Assembly (NCBI RefSeq): GCF_006345805.1
Contig: NC_043007.1
Coordinates: forward strand, 40,362,001-40,426,000
DNA from: Octopus sinensis
Taxonomy: Eukaryota
Length of the DNA stretch: 64,000 bases
Direction: 5' to 3'
Below, in pieces: positions 12,990 to 27,166 of the stretch. Position 1 is the stretch's first letter, and each line of letters starts with the position of its first letter. The position numbers were made by a program, and so were the translations under genes. Under the pieces are notes generated by a model. That model ran no database searches. It saw nothing but the letters and a program-made list of their open reading frames with translations, and was not told the origin of the DNA.

Positions 12990-14138
12990 GTTACAGTACT
13001 TACTGAAACACCAACACACAGTCTCTCTCCTTAACAACCACCTCTATGGTTTCCATAAGGCCACATCTACTAGTGGTCTACTCTCTTATGCCACTTATCA
13101 GCAAGCTCTCACCTTAGAGAAATTTGGTGAAAACATTGTTATTAGCTTCAACATAAGCAGAGCTTCTAACAGTATTTGCCTGTGAATCTCCTATCAAAAC
13201 TGCTTGCCTATGGGGTTCACTCATCTCTTAGATGAGAACTAGACAGAAATTTCTGTCAGATGGCACTACTGTAGTGAGTGCTAAAGGATACTTTCTTTTC
13301 TTTGCTCCTACCAACTTTAGTTCTGTTAGATTCAGTTTTGTCTCCACTTTCTTCTTTCTACACATCAACGTTTTACTTGCCTTCATATCTAACAGTACTC
13401 ATTCTCATGTTTATAATAGTACTCTTCATTTTTCCCTAACTTTCCTCACTCACAACCTCAACACCACATGTCAAACCCAATTCCATGACCAGAGACCTTG
13501 AGAGCATCCTCCAATATAGATATATCGATCTTTCTTCTCTCAACAAAAATACAAAAGCACTACTCATATCCAGGCACATCATTACACTGCCACCTTCTTA
13601 AAAATGAGTTGCACTCAATAAGAGCCCTAACAATCACTCTAAATGTTGGGTCTCCCTATCACCAAAAAATTATGACTGGCCCTTTTCTTCAAATTCAGAA
13701 GTAACTTCACCTCCAATTGCTATTAAAACTTTAAAAACTCAAGTGAGGTCCACAGCAGCATATTGTTCTCACATCCAGGATGCCTGTATGCTATAGGCAC
13801 ACAGGCTATGCTGTCTCCTTTCTCTGCTTTTACTACTGCTACGATAATGGCCTCTGCTCCATATAACTGCTGGACTCATACCATTTCTACTCAGGCATTC
13901 CTGACCAACTCATCTCTCCACTAAATCCCGTCCCATCAAGTGCTGCACCAGACACTACTCCCAGACCTTCCTTTCCATAAGGTCATTCTTCTGGAACTCT
14001 CTCTGCTAATGTCTTTTCTGCTGTAGTTGACTTGCAAGAAGAACGGTTATAGCATCAATCCCACAGCTCTCAAAAAACCTGCATAGACCAGGGGCACTGC
14101 CTTTTCCTTCCGATCCAGTAATTAAATAAAAAAAAAAA
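12990..14138 (+). mobile_element. CR1/Jockey-group LINE relic (RT to poly-A)
   Basis: LNNHLYGFHKATSTSGLLSY...FGENIVISFNISRA resembles RT domains 2-3. A decayed QVR..YCSHI-like motif lies near 13750, and an A-tail at about 14125-14138. Confidence 0.7.
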
Positions 14139-14854
14139 AGACATCACACTCATTCACTACTGCATACCCATAACAATAATTTTAGCTAATTAAATGACAC
14201 CATTTATCTCCCTACACTTTTGTCTCTCTACTACTGCCACTTATCACCTTCTCCTCCTCCTCTCTACACTTGCCCTCTTAACTGATATTCACCAATGACT
14301 ATGCCTCCACTCATGTGTTCCATTCACTGTATCTACCTATCCCCATCTAAAACCATCTGTCACACTCACTTCACACACTGGTGAACTGATCTACCCATCT
14401 ACCCTTTCTGATCCACTATTCCCATTCTTTTTATTATAATCATCTTCTACTTTAAGGGTACACTTTCACCATCTCCTTTCTCTCTTTCCAACTGGGTAGC
14501 TATGCATCTCCTCTTTAGCAAAACACCTGTTCCCCTTCCTCTATCATACTTTAATTACTCAACAACTGGCACAAAGCCGCCTCACTCAATACCTACACTC
14601 CTACTCAGTGAAGTGGGGTCTTATCTTGTGAGTCACTTGGCAACCTCACGAATGGCAAGCCAGTGCCACAAAAAAATGTACCCAGTAAACTTTGTAGAGT
14701 GGATGGAATTAGGAAGGGCATCCAGCTGTAGAAATCATGCCAAAGCAGAAATTGGAACTCAAAACAGTTCACTGGCTTGTCAGATCCAGTGGAATCACCT
14801 AATCACTTCCAGCATAGAAATCAGGCAATAAATGATGACGATGATGATGATAAT

Positions 14855-15270
14855 ACTCTTTACTCTTTACTCTTTTACTTGTTTCAGTCATTTGACTGCA
14901 GCCATGCTGGAGCACCACCTTCAGTCAAGCAAATCGACCCTGGGACTTATTCTTCATAAGCCCAGTACTTATTCTATCGGTCTCTTTTGCTGAACCGCTA
15001 AGTGACGGGGACGTAAACACACCAGCATCGGTTGTCAAGCAATGCTAGGGGGACAAACACAGACACACAAACACACACACACACACATACATATATACAT
15101 ATATATGACAGGCTTCTTTCAGTTTCCATCTACCAAATCCACTCACAAGGCATTGGTCAGCCCGGAGCTATAGCAGAAGACACTTGCCCAAGATGCCACG
15201 CAGTGGGACTGAACCCAGAACCATGTGGTTGGTTAGCAAGCTACTTACCACACAGCCACTCCTGCGCCTA
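14855..15270 (-). mobile_element. SINE family A
   Basis: Full-length copy with (GTAAAAGA)n tail. Confidence 0.9.
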
Positions 15271-15810
15271 ATGATGATAAACCTTTTTGTAGAGAGAATT
15301 ACTTCATTCAGTTGTGTTAGTTCCTATTCGAATGTACATTTTCTTTCTTTTGTAATGCAGAAGGCATTGCTGGGAAATTTTCCCCAGTCATTCTGTCTAG
15401 TAAATCCTTCCTTTTCACACAGCACCACCCTAAAAATGAAAATGGCTACTGGCAACAGCTGTGTACTCGATTTCACAAAACCAGAAGTGGTAATAATTAA
15501 CCCAAGTGGCTGAGGTATTAGATTATCAGCTCAAAAGTTACTAGTGTTAGATTCCCTACAAATATTTTTGCTGTGTTTCCAGACGAGAAAATTTATTCCA
15601 CATTCTCAATCCTCAGATTATCAACAACACTCCTGATTGCCAAAAGAGCTATAAAGAAAACAATAACCCAATAATTCTAAGACATTTTCAAAACATGAAT
15701 TCATAAAGATAATGTTTATATATATATATATATATATATACGAGATGCACATGCACAAGATATAATATTCCATCCCTGTTTAATACATACATACTTTATC
15801 TATTTATATG

Positions 15811-16218
15811 TACAGGAGTGGGTGTGTGGTAAGTAGCTTGCTTACTTACAACCACATGGTTCCGGGTTCAGTCCCACTGCATGGCACCTTGGGCAAGTGT
15901 CTTCTACTATAGCCTTGGCCGACCAAAGCCTTGTGAGTGGATTTGGAAGACAGAAACTGAAAGAAGCATGTCGTATATATGCATATATATATGTGTATGT
16001 GTGTGTATATGTTTGTGTGTCTGTACCCACCCAACATCACTCGACAACCGATGCTGGTGTGTTAACGTTCCCGTAACTTAGCGGTTTGGTAAAAGAGACC
16101 AATAGAATAAGTGCTAGGCTTACAAAGAATAAGTCCTGGGGTTGATTTGCTTGACTAAAGGCGGTGCTCCAGCATGGCCACAGTCAAATGACTGAAACAA
16201 GTAAAAGAGTAAAAGAGT
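15811..16218 (+). mobile_element. SINE family A
   Basis: Full-length copy. Confidence 0.9.
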
Positions 16219-16270
16219 ATACCCATGAACATGTATATATAAACAGAATATATATACATTGTGCATGAAT

Positions 16271-16301
<31 letters not shown>

Positions 16302-16829
16302 CTGAGCAGTTTCTTTTCAAATCATGTAACATGGCAATTTTGGTAAGTGTCTTCTCTATAGCTGTGGGCCAACCAAAGCTTTGTGAGTGAACTTGGTACA
16401 TGGAAACTGAATAGAGCCTATCGTGTGTGTGTGTGTGTGTACCCTTGTCTTGACATCATATGATGGTTGTAGATAAGCATCACCATTACACAAATGATGA
16501 CATTTGTCTCCAGTCTTTGGTGAAAAATATATCTGGCCACAGTAAATATCATCTTGCCTGGAAATAAGTGAGAGTTGGCAACAGGAAGGACATCAAGCCA
16601 TAGAAAATTTGCTTCAATGAATTTCATTGAATCCATGCATGTATGGAAAAGAAGACACTAAAACAATGATGATGATGGTGGTGGATCTATCAGGGTTTCA
16701 ATGACGTGTATTCAATTATTTAATGAATTGAACCTTTGCTCCATAAAATTAGGGTGTAAGTATAAATGGCTGAGTATACCATAAACACATGTACCCTTAA
16801 GGATTACAAGATGCATTCCAGAAATTTTG

Positions 16830-17325
16830 AGACATTTATGAATTTCAAAGAAGTACAAAGCCCTAATCTCCTTGAAAGTTGAATCCTCCGACTTCAATAC
16901 ACTTGTTATAGCACTCCAGCCATTTCATGAAAGCCTTATGGAAGTCCTCCAAAGTAAAGACATCCAAGACCCTTGTTACAACCTCCATCATAAACTCATT
17001 CAGCTTGGGGTCACCAAAACCTCCTTGTTACAACCTCCTTCATCAACTCATTTAGCTTGGGGGAACAACCAAACGTCACAGGAAGCAAGATCTGGACTGT
17101 AGGGACAGTGAAAGACAGTTTTGATGTCCACCTCTGTCAAGTAGCTGGTTACCAGGATGGAACTGTGAGCTGGTGCATTGGCCTGGTGCAGCTGCTGTGG
17201 CCTTTTGTGATGAAATGTCTTTCTGAACTCCCTTAAAATCTCCACATTGTGCTCAGAGAGAACCCAGTGGATGTAGATGATGCCCTTGCAGTTGAAAAAG
17301 GGAATCATCATGAACTTCATGGTGG
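16830..17325 (-). mobile_element. Mariner transposase relic
   Basis: FFNCKGIIYIHW...LHQANAPAHSS...PYSPDLASCDVWLFP (HDNAPAH and YSPDLAP motifs). Confidence 0.85.
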
Positions 17326-17689
17326 ATAGATGGACAGACAAACAGACATATATATGAGTGTAGTAGTTTGTTTGAAGCATCGTAGCAAAATAGAAAATGA
17401 AAGCAAAGGAAAAAAAAAAAAAGCTTCTAACAATGCAACAAGTTTTACAAAGAACCTTTATATTTCAGGTTCAAAGGCCTATCATCAGAAACGTTTTTCA
17501 TTGGCTTCTTGGACTACTTACTTCTGAAGGTAGGCCACTGTGCTGAAATATAAAGAAGTTTTACAAACTTTCTGCATTGTTAGAAGCTGTCTTTGTTTCC
17601 CTTTTCTTTCATTTTCTTCTTACATATATATATGTATGTTATGTTTATGTATTTGTTTTGCTAGATTCGCCTTACTAGCACATTAAAAA

Positions 17690-17997
17690 ACATTTGAGTG
17701 AGGTCGTTGCCAGTGCCGCTGGACTGGCTCTTGTGCAGGTGGCATGTAAAAAAAAAACAATTTGAGCGTGGCCGTTGCCAGTACCGCCTGACAAGCCCTT
17801 GTGCCGATGGCACGTAAAAGCACCCACTACACTCTCGGAGTGGTTGGCATTAGAAAGGGCAACCTGCTGTAGAAACTCTGCCAGATCAGATTGGAGCCCG
17901 GTGCAGCCATCTGGTTCACCAGACCTCAGTCAAATCGTCCAACCCATGCTAGCATGGAAAGCAGACGTTAAACGATGATGATGATGATGATGATGAT
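17690..17997 (+). mobile_element. 3'UTR-only copy of the RTE-like family
   Basis: Same tail as the 24565 element, ending in (GAT)n. Similar copies at ~19530-19770 (+), 20100-20295 (-), 21345-21605 (-), 31440-31620 (+), 31690-32370 (+, split by a MITE) and 14640-14850 (+). Confidence 0.8.
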
Positions 17998-18519
17998 ATA
18001 TATATGTATGTTATGTTTATGTATTTGTTTTGCTAGATTCCTGATGTGAAATCGTGTTGAAACAGATATTGTTACATATATATGTTTGCAGGGATCAGAT
18101 GGAATTCATTGAGGCATTTCTATTACCAACTCACACCTGTTTCCAAGCTAGGTGAAAGTTGGAAACAAGTGTGAGTTGGTAATAGAAATGCCATCTTTCT
18201 CTACACGATTGGAGAGAGAAAAAGACCACCTGTACAACAGAGATGTTCATTTATAACCATTATACAATGCAAAGACAGGGAGACAAACTTACCCCACACA
18301 TATACATACATACATTTATATGTACAAAGGCTTCTTTCAGTTTCTATCAATTAAATTCACTTAAAAAGTTTCAGTCAGCCTAGGGCAGAAAACAATGGTC
18401 AAAAGTGCTATGCAGTGAGATTGAACCTGAAACCATGTGGCTGGAAAGCAACAAAACCACACAGTTTTACCTGCACCTACATACACAAACATATATGTTT
18501 GTATTTATACATATGTTCT

Positions 18520-18733
18520 TTTATTCATTTACTTGTTTCAATCATTTGACTGCAGCTGGAACACTGCATTGAAAGGTTTCAGTTGAACAAATTGATTCAA
18601 GACTTATTCTTTGTAAACCTAGTACTTATTCTATTAGTCTCTCTTACCGAACTGCTAAGTTATGGGGACATAAACACAAACACCAGCTGTCAAGCAATGG
18701 TAGGGGGACAAACACAAAGATAAACACATAAAT

Positions 18734-18764
<31 letters not shown>

Positions 18765-18915
18765 CGATAGGCTTCTTTCAGTTTCCATCAACTAAATCCA
18801 CTTACAAGGCTTTGGTGGGTCCGTGGCTATAGTAGAAGACACTTGCCTAAGGTGCCACACAGTGGAACTGAACTCAGAACCATGTGGTTGGGAAGCAAGC
18901 TTCTTACCACAGAGC
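18520..18915 (-). mobile_element. SINE family A (diverged)
   Basis: Shared head, body and tail motifs. Confidence 0.8.
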
Positions 18916-21159
18916 CATGTCTGTGTATATATATGTGTGAGTGTGTGTGTGTGCACATACACTCATGCATACACACACACACACATACATACATGATGAT
19001 GGCAATCCCTCAAGGTCGAGGATGATGGTCTTCGCGCAAATTTACTGGTGAGTCCGTAGGTGACTGATAAGACCAATTCTTGCTTGAAAAGATCGGTCGC
19101 AGTGTAGACATCTAGTGCCGGAAGGGAGAGTCGCATACATACATACATACATACATACATACATACATACATACATGAATGGGTAGTGAAATTGTAAAAA
19201 AGCATATATGAACATTATTACTAATGCCTGATGTTCAGCAAATTTCAGGACCCTTCTTACATTAATAAATAACTAAAAGCATCAAACATTATAGATAATC
19301 ACAATGAGCTACGTTTCTAATTATACACACTGACATTGACCTTTATCTATAATTATACATACTGACTGTGACCCACTGAAGCTATCCATACAATTGCTGC
19401 TTAGCAATTACAATTTATGTTTAAAGAAAATAAAATGTCAATGCATTAGTACGTAATTCTGCACTTTCATTTGGTCTGAGACTCTGTGTTTGTATAATTT
19501 AATCATTTCTAGAAGAGGCAGAAGAGCACTTTGTTGACTGTGCTTGACAAGACATGGCCAATGCCAGTGTTTCATAACTGGCACCCGTGCCACTGGCACG
19601 TAAAAAGCTCCCACTACATTTTTGGGGTGGTTGGCATTAGAAAGGGCATCCAGCTGTAGAAACCATGTCAAACCAGGCTGGAACCCGGTGCAGCTCTCCA
19701 GCTTACCAGTTTTCAGTGAAACTATCGGTCAAGCCAGCATGGAAAACAGACATTAAATGATGATGATAGGTAGTGGGGAGCGGAACAAATGATTCAAATA
19801 AAACATAGAGAACCTGTTTGCTTGATTGGTCCTTTAATTTATTGACTCAATAAGAATGAAAGGGTAAGTCAAACCAAGTTGGGATTTAATCCTTTTCAGG
19901 ATTAGACCACTCTTGGTTTTATGATATAAACAATGTGCTTTTATAGTAAGCTGAAAGCATTCTATCAAAATATCGAGTTAATTATATGTTTCAAACACCA
20001 GTTTAAAACGAGTTAATTCATTAAATTCTTTTCAAAAATAACTGAAACAAAGGCAGTATATTTCAACAGAAAGATATCAAAAGGGAGAAACTTGGAACAA
20101 TCATCATCATCATCCTTGTTTAACGTCCGCTTTCCATACTAGCACGGGTTGGACGATTTGACTGAGGTCTGGCGAACCAGATGGCTGCACCAGACTCCAA
20201 TCTGATCTGGCAGAGTTTCTACAGCCGGATACCCTTCCTAGCGCCAACCACTCCAAGAATGTAGTGGGTGCTTTTACGTGCCACTGGCACGAAAGGAACA
20301 TAATTGGATTATTAAATGCTGTTGTTGCTGTTTAGTCAAGGTCAATCGTATCAAAGTAGAGCTATGATCAAAGTCCAACCATGACACTCCTGTCATTGTA
20401 GAAGTAGCCATGTTGAAATTATTCAATGCATCTCTTCTCCTTTGAAGATGACGGGGTGTGACCCGAGAGAGATTTAGCTACCATTTCCCCAGGTTGTGCA
20501 GAGTATAGAGAATAGAATGGATGATGGAAAGATGACAGGGAGAGATAAGGGGTAGCAAATGATGACTCAACAGGTACAAATGGATGAAAAGCTAAAATGT
20601 AGATATATATAACAGTGTGTAATATGATTTTTGTCCTTGTGTAACAACTGTTATTTCCTATTTGCTTACCCCTAGAAAGTCTGAAAAATGGCTAATATTT
20701 CCTTCAAGCTTTGCTTTTGATGCATTTATTCAAACTGCAAAGAATCCCTCTCAACACATAGCTATGATGATCCCCCACTACTCTTGCTTGTGATCAGTGA
20801 TGCACATATTGTCAGCTGCTAAGGGACAAGCTCAAGTGATTAAGGTCAAGCAACTAACAAGCAACTCAAGTGATATTGAGCAGAATATTTGCTATAACAA
20901 TATTTCTGCTTCACTAACTCAGTGCTGAATGTCTGAAATATAATAGAAAATAGGTCAGTTTCAAAACATTGATGCCTGGGTAACAAAAGCAAATTTTGAA
21001 GGGAATGGGGTCAATTCCTTTGATTTCTAGATAGAAACAAATAGGAGATAATACTTAGTGACCAAAGATAAAAAAAAAATTAAAATTTTGTTACAGTGTT
21101 ATATATACCAGTCTCATGACTAACCTACCACCAATTTAATATATGTATGTATATATATA

Positions 21160-21840
21160 TAGGCGTAGGAGTGGCTGTGTGGTAAGTAGCTTGCTTACGA
21201 ACCACATGGTCCCAGGTTCAGTCCCACTGCATGGCACCTTGAGCAAGTGTCTTCTACTATAGCCTCGGGCCAACCAAAGCCTTGTGAGTGGATTTGGTAG
21301 ACAGAAACTGAAAGAAGCCTGTCGTATATATGTATGCTTATATATCATCATCATCATCATCGTTTAACATCCATTTTCAATGCTAGCATGGGTTGGACGG
21401 TTCGACCGGGGTCTGCGAAGCCAGGAGGCTGCGCCAGGCTCCAGTCTGATCTGGCAGTGTTTCTACAGCTGGATGCCCTTCCTAATGCCAACCACTCCGT
21501 GAGTGTAGTGGGTGTTTTTTACGTGCCACCGGCCCAGGGGCCAGAGGAGGTTGGCAAACAGCCATGATCAGTTGGTGCTTTTTACATGTCACCGACACGG
21601 ATGCCACATATATATGTGTATGTGTGTGTGTATATGTTTCTGTGTCTGTGTTTGTCCCCCTTGACAACACTTGACAACCGATACTAGTGTGTTTATGTCC
21701 CCGTAACTTAGTGGTTTGGCAGAAGAGACCGATAGAATAAGTACTAGGCTTACAAAAAATAAGTCCTGGAGTCGACATGCTCGACTAAAGGCGGTGCTCC
21801 AGCATGGCCACAGTCAAATGACTGAAACAAGTAAAAGAGT
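21160..21840 (+). mobile_element. SINE family A with an RTE tail nested in its central microsatellite
   Basis: Halves at 21160-21340 and 21605-21840 flank an RTE 3'UTR copy. Confidence 0.85.
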
Positions 21841-21863
21841 ATATATATATATATGTATATATG

Positions 21864-21909
<46 letters not shown>

Positions 21910-21914
21910 TTTCT

Positions 21915-22290
21915 TTAATCCTTGTTTCAATCATCAGACTGGCTATACTGGGGCACCGCCTTGAACACCTTTAGTTGAGCAAATCGACTCCAGTACTTAT
22001 TGTTTTTTTTTTGTTAAGCCCAGTACTTATTCTATGAGTCTCTTTTGCTGAACTGCTAAGTTACAGGGACACAAACATACCAACACTGGTTGTCAAGCGG
22101 TGATGGGGGATACACAAAGACATGCACACATGACAGGCTTCTTTCAGTTTCTATCTATGAAATCCGCTCACAAGACATTGGTCAGCCCAAGGCTATAGTA
22201 GAACACATTTACCCCAAGGTGCCACACAATGGCAGACACATGTGGAAGGGAAGCAAACTTCTTAACACACAGTTAAGCCTACGGACTACT
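21915..22290 (-). mobile_element. SINE family A (diverged)
   Basis: Shared motifs. Confidence 0.78.
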
Positions 22291-22308
22291 CCTATGTGTA
22301 TGTGAGTG

Positions 22309-22367
<59 letters not shown>

Positions 22368-22419
22368 AATGTATATATACATATATATATATATATACAT
22401 ACATGTAGTGGTGGGGGGG

Positions 22420-22650
22420 GGGGCGAGCTGGCAGAATCGTTAGCATGCTGGGAAATGCTTAGCGGTATTTCAGCTGCCATTATGTTCTGGGTTCAAATTC
22501 CGCCGAGGTCGACTTTGCCTTTCGTCCTTTCGGCGTCGATTAAATAAGTACCAGTTATGCACTGGGGTTAATGTAATCGACTTAATCCCTTTGTTTGTCC
22601 TTGTTTGTCTCCTCTATGTTTAGCCCCCTGTGAGCAATAAAGAAATATAT
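22420..22650 (+). mobile_element. tRNA-derived SINE family B
   Basis: ggcgagctggcagaatcgttagc...gttcaaattcc...aataaagaaata. Other copies at 1655-1850 (+), 6120-6275 (-), 28730-28945 (+), 30960-31190 (-), 44480-44615 (-) and 44740-44878 (-). Confidence 0.88.
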
Positions 22651-23149
22651 ATATATATATACATGCATCATCACAATCATTTTAACATCCACTTTCTCAT
22701 ACTTACATTGGTTTGATAAGGCCACTTTAGGGCAGAGTTTTCTATGGCAATTTGCCCCGCCTCACATTAACCCTCATTTGTTTCCAAGCAACATAGTAAT
22801 CCACCAGTCTATCAAACAACAAACTACCTTGGCATGATTATGCAGAGAAGGGAAACAAACTACACTGTTTGAATGTGCCTTTAACTTATGTAGATCACAC
22901 ACAACATGACAAAATGAGGGAAAATATGAACTCACACACAAATGCATATATATTCTTCAGTTTCTCTCTATGAATTTTTCTCTCAAAGCATCAGTTCACA
23001 TACAGCAATAGTATTGAATGCCAGCTGACAAAATTCATGCAGTGAGACTGAGTCCCTAATCATGTGACTCCAAAGTGAACTTAACTATACAACTACACAA
23101 CCATGCCTGTCCATGCATGTATGTATGTATATAAAGACACATACATATA

Positions 23150-23370
23150 CATAGTGAGAATTTACAAAAAAACAAAAGACGAAGACGGGTGTGCAAACAA
23201 CAAACAGATGTATTAGTTTAACGCTCGGGAAGTGAGAAGGTCTTTTACGTTTCGAGCCTATGCTATTTGACAGAAAAGAATGCAGAAATAAACAGGGAGA
23301 GAAAATGAAAAAAAGATTTAGTGGCTAGTGATCTATCATGGCAAATGCTGGACAGAGGGGTCACACAGGA
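23150..23370 (-). mobile_element. Short interspersed repeat, PLE-terminus-like (second copy 27165-27365)
   Basis: Two ~200-bp copies flanked by microsatellites; contain GAGC-gtag-GCTC-GAAA(C/T)GTA. Confidence 0.6.
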
Positions 23371-23763
23371 GAGCTAGGAAGAAGGGGAGATAATAAAGTA
23401 GTGGTGATCTCAAAATGATAGTGTGTGTGCATATGTGTGCGTGTGGAAAGGGGTTGGTGACCTTGATGTGCGCTTGTGTGCATGTGTAGATGTGTGGATG
23501 ATGGTGTGGATGCTGGGTAGTGGTCAGTGTTAGTGTGTGCGGGGTGGTGTGGTTTGGTGGCATGTGGTATGGTGGTGTGTGGTTGTTTGTGGTGTGGTGC
23601 GTGGTGCATGGTGTGGTGGTATGTGGTGTGGTGGTGGTAGGGTGTGAGGGAGGCGAGAGTGGGGGAAGCAAGGGTGGGGTGTAAGGGATGGGATGTATAG
23701 CAATGGTGGGGTTATATATAGATATATATATATGTGTGTATACATATGCATATATATATATAT

Positions 23764-23809
<46 letters not shown>

Positions 23810-24180
23810 GATAGATAGATAGATAGGTAGATATAAATGTGTATATATATGTGTGTGCATATGTATGCATGTGTGTGTGTGTGTGTGTGTAGTTCTCCAA
23901 GAATACCTGTATTCTTCGAGAACAACGTTGCATCAAAACAATTGTCTTCAATTATATGTGTGTATGTATATATTCATATGTATGTGTGTGTGTGTATATG
24001 CATGTATATATGCGTGCCTGTGTGTGAGTAAAAATTTCTAATTACAATATAGGAATTAAAGAATGCTTTGTGTTCTGAAAAATAAGAAATATGTAATCAA
24101 CACCAATTAATCTGAATTAAAATGAAATTTTATAAACGAAAATAAAAGTCTATAGAGGGAAACAAAACAACACTCACTCA

Positions 24181-24229
<49 letters not shown>

Positions 24230-24564
24230 CCACATACACTCAAGTACATGCAAGTCCACATATAGAGAGATACATATACATGAAAAACAACTACAAGGTT
24301 GCCTTCAAACAATACTGAAACTGCCATTTTAATGAAACTAAATGGATATAAAGAATTTTTGTTATAATCAAACTCATTTGTTTTCCTTTCCAAGGAGGTT
24401 GGATTATTGAAGAAAAAAAATAATAAAAGCTAACAAAAAAATGATGAAGAAGTAAGACAATTTGGACAAGAAACTGAAAGGGCAAAGCTACAAGACAGAC
24501 AAAGGGTACAAAATAACTGGCTGATTAGGTAGACGTATCCTTGCAGTTACTTTTGCTGCTGCTG

Positions 24565-25975
24565 CTGCTACTACTACTACGTCGTTTAATGTCCACTTTC
24601 CATGCTGGCATTGGTTGGATGGTGTGACTGAGGACTGGGAGGCTGCACTAGGCTTCAATCTGATTTGGCAAGGTTTCTACAGCTGGATGCCCTTCCTAAT
24701 GCCAACCACTCCGAGAGTGTAGTGGATGCTTTTTACATGCCACCCATAATGGGTGCCAGTCAGTGGCATTGGTCACACTCAATGGTGCTTTTTATGTGCC
24801 AGTCAGGCGGCACTGACATCAGTCATGCTCTGATGGTACTTGTTACATGTCACTGGTATGAGAGCCAGTCAGGTGGCACTGGCATTGGCCATGACTACAA
24901 TTTCACTTGGTTCAACAGGTCTTCACAAGCACGGCATATTGCCCTACAACTGAAGGGTGCTCTTAAATGGGCCAGTTATGAACACTGGCATCAGCCACAG
25001 CTACAATCTCCCTTGGCTTGCCAGGTCTTCTCAAGCACAGCATATCTCCAAAAGACTTGTTATTACTTGTAAGGCCCAATGTTCAGAGGTCGTGCTTCAA
25101 TACCTGGTACTACCTCTTCCAAAGGATCCTTCCACTGTTAGGGTGTGAAACTTCTTCACAGAGCTGTTCTCATCTATACACAACACATGACCATACCAGT
25201 GGAGTCGTCTCTCTTGCACACCACATCTGATGCTTCTTATGTCCAACTTTTCTCTCTGTCGTGTATGCACACTGACATTACACATCCAGCAGAGCATACT
25301 AGCTTCATTTCTTTTAAGCCTATGCATGTCCTCAGCAATCACAGCCCATGTTTCACTGCCATGTAGCATGGCTGTTTACACACAGGCATCATACAGTTTA
25401 ATTTTCACTCTGAGCGAGAGGCCCTTTGTTACCAGCAGAAGTAGGAGCTCTCTGAACTTTGCCCAGGCTATTCTTCAAGTAGCTACACTCTCAGAGCATC
25501 CACCCCCACTACTGACCAGGTCACCTGAGTAACGGAAGCTATCAACTACTTCTAGTTTTTTCCCCAGCATGTGTTGGAATCTGTTTTCTGTACATCTTCG
25601 GTGTTTATTGCACCTGTGCATCTGCCCACACACAAAAACTATCTTCCTAGTTAACCTTCCTCTGATATTGCTGCACCTTTTATGTGTCAATAGCTTACAC
25701 CAGGTACATCTTATGGATTTTCTATCTATGCCTCTTCTACAGATCAAGCAAGGCCATCTACCTGAAGGGATTTGTGATTTGTCTGCCTTCCTACTAACAA
25801 AAATTTTGGCTTTTCCTAGGTTGACTCTAAGGACATTTGATTCTAAACCTTGCTTCCACACATGAAACTTCTTCTCTAGTTCTGGTAGTGACTCAGCTAT
25901 TAGAGCAAGGTCATCAACAAAGAGGAGCTCCCAGGGGTGGCCTGTCTTGAATTCCTCTGTTATTACCTGGAGGAC
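24565..25975 (-). mobile_element. RTE-like LINE 3' half (RT, Cys-rich insert, 3'UTR)
   Basis: PWELLFVDDLALIAES...LRVNLGKAK; WPCLIC...CKLLTHKRC; FRYSGD; AMLHGSETW; RRLHWYGHV. The 3'UTR ends in ...catggaaagtggacattaaacgac plus a triplet tail. Confidence 0.88.
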
Positions 25976-26255
25976 TATGATGAATAAGAGGGGGCTGGGG
26001 ACTGATCCTTAGTGAACCCCCACTTCTAACCAGAATTCTTCACTATACTTGCTGCTATTCCTCACCTTACTGACAGCCTCACTGTACATGGCTTGATCTG
26101 GAATGAAGTGTGTGCGTATGTGTATATTTGAGAGTGTGTGTGTGTATATAATATATATATATATAAAGAGAGAGAGATAGACAAACAGATACACACACAC
26201 ATGTATGGAAAGAGACAGGTACATATATGTGTATATGCACACACATATACATACA

Positions 26256-26288
<33 letters not shown>

Positions 26289-26853
26289 TGCATGTGTCTG
26301 TACAGTGTGTAGGTAAATATATCATCATTGTCTTTACATATGCTTTCTTTTTATGCTATATCAGTTGGACATTATATATAACATACATATGTAAATGTGT
26401 GTGTGTATTTATGCACATATATAAATATACATGTATATAGACAGACAGACATATCGAGTATATATATATATATATACATTACATATAATCATACACACAC
26501 GTAACTGTATATGACAGAGACTTGTCCGTCCTGTCACATTGCCAACTGTTACAAAGTCAACAGAAGCTTCTTTGTCCTGTCATAATGTCATGAAATACCA
26601 TTACTAGTTATTTCATCTCGTTAAAAGTCGTTTCCAGTTAATTGGTGTCACCAATCATTTAAAAACAAAGAGATACTCTTCACGCAATGGTGAGTGGGAA
26701 CAAGGGCAAAGAACATTGCAGGAATTTCACTTGAAATAGAATATTTTATATAAATATAGTGAGGCAGAAAAAACCCCCGTATTTTGCTAGGCCAACAATT
26801 GAATATGGGAGTTTTCTTTTTGCTACACCCTATATAATTCTAACACAACTCAC

Positions 26854-26930
26854 CTCAGATTTTAGTGCCAAAGTTGTATTTTCCAGTTCCTGGATTTTCT
26901 TCTGTGCCAAATGTAATTCAGTCACATGAT
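26854..26930 (-). CDS. TRIP11: TRIP11 coding exon 2
   Basis: Acceptor aaaatttcag|, 77 nt, (D)HVTELHLAQKKIQELENTTLALKSE, donor GAG|GTGAGT. Phase 1 in and phase 0 out fit both neighbours; ends ...LKSE like human ...LRSE. Too short for the ORF track. Confidence 0.88.
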
Positions 26931-27134
26931 CTGAAATTTTACATAATGAGAATGAGTATGGTTATGATTGTGTTAAATGGAATTACAAAGTGAATGTATT
27001 CTGCAGCTGCTAGAAATAGCAACCAAATCTTATTGAAATCAATTAGTCAAACAAAAAAAAAGGAAGGACACATTTTATAACATACCTAATATACACTATC
27101 CATGAAAAAAAAAAGATATATATCTCTAGGATAT

Positions 27135-27166
<32 letters not shown>

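Noticed and set aside
15590-15650. Candidate TRIP11 exon 2 (ALLAIRSVVDNLRIEN)
   Set aside because: Weak donor and in-frame stop soon after; 26854-26930 has canonical sites and a better match.
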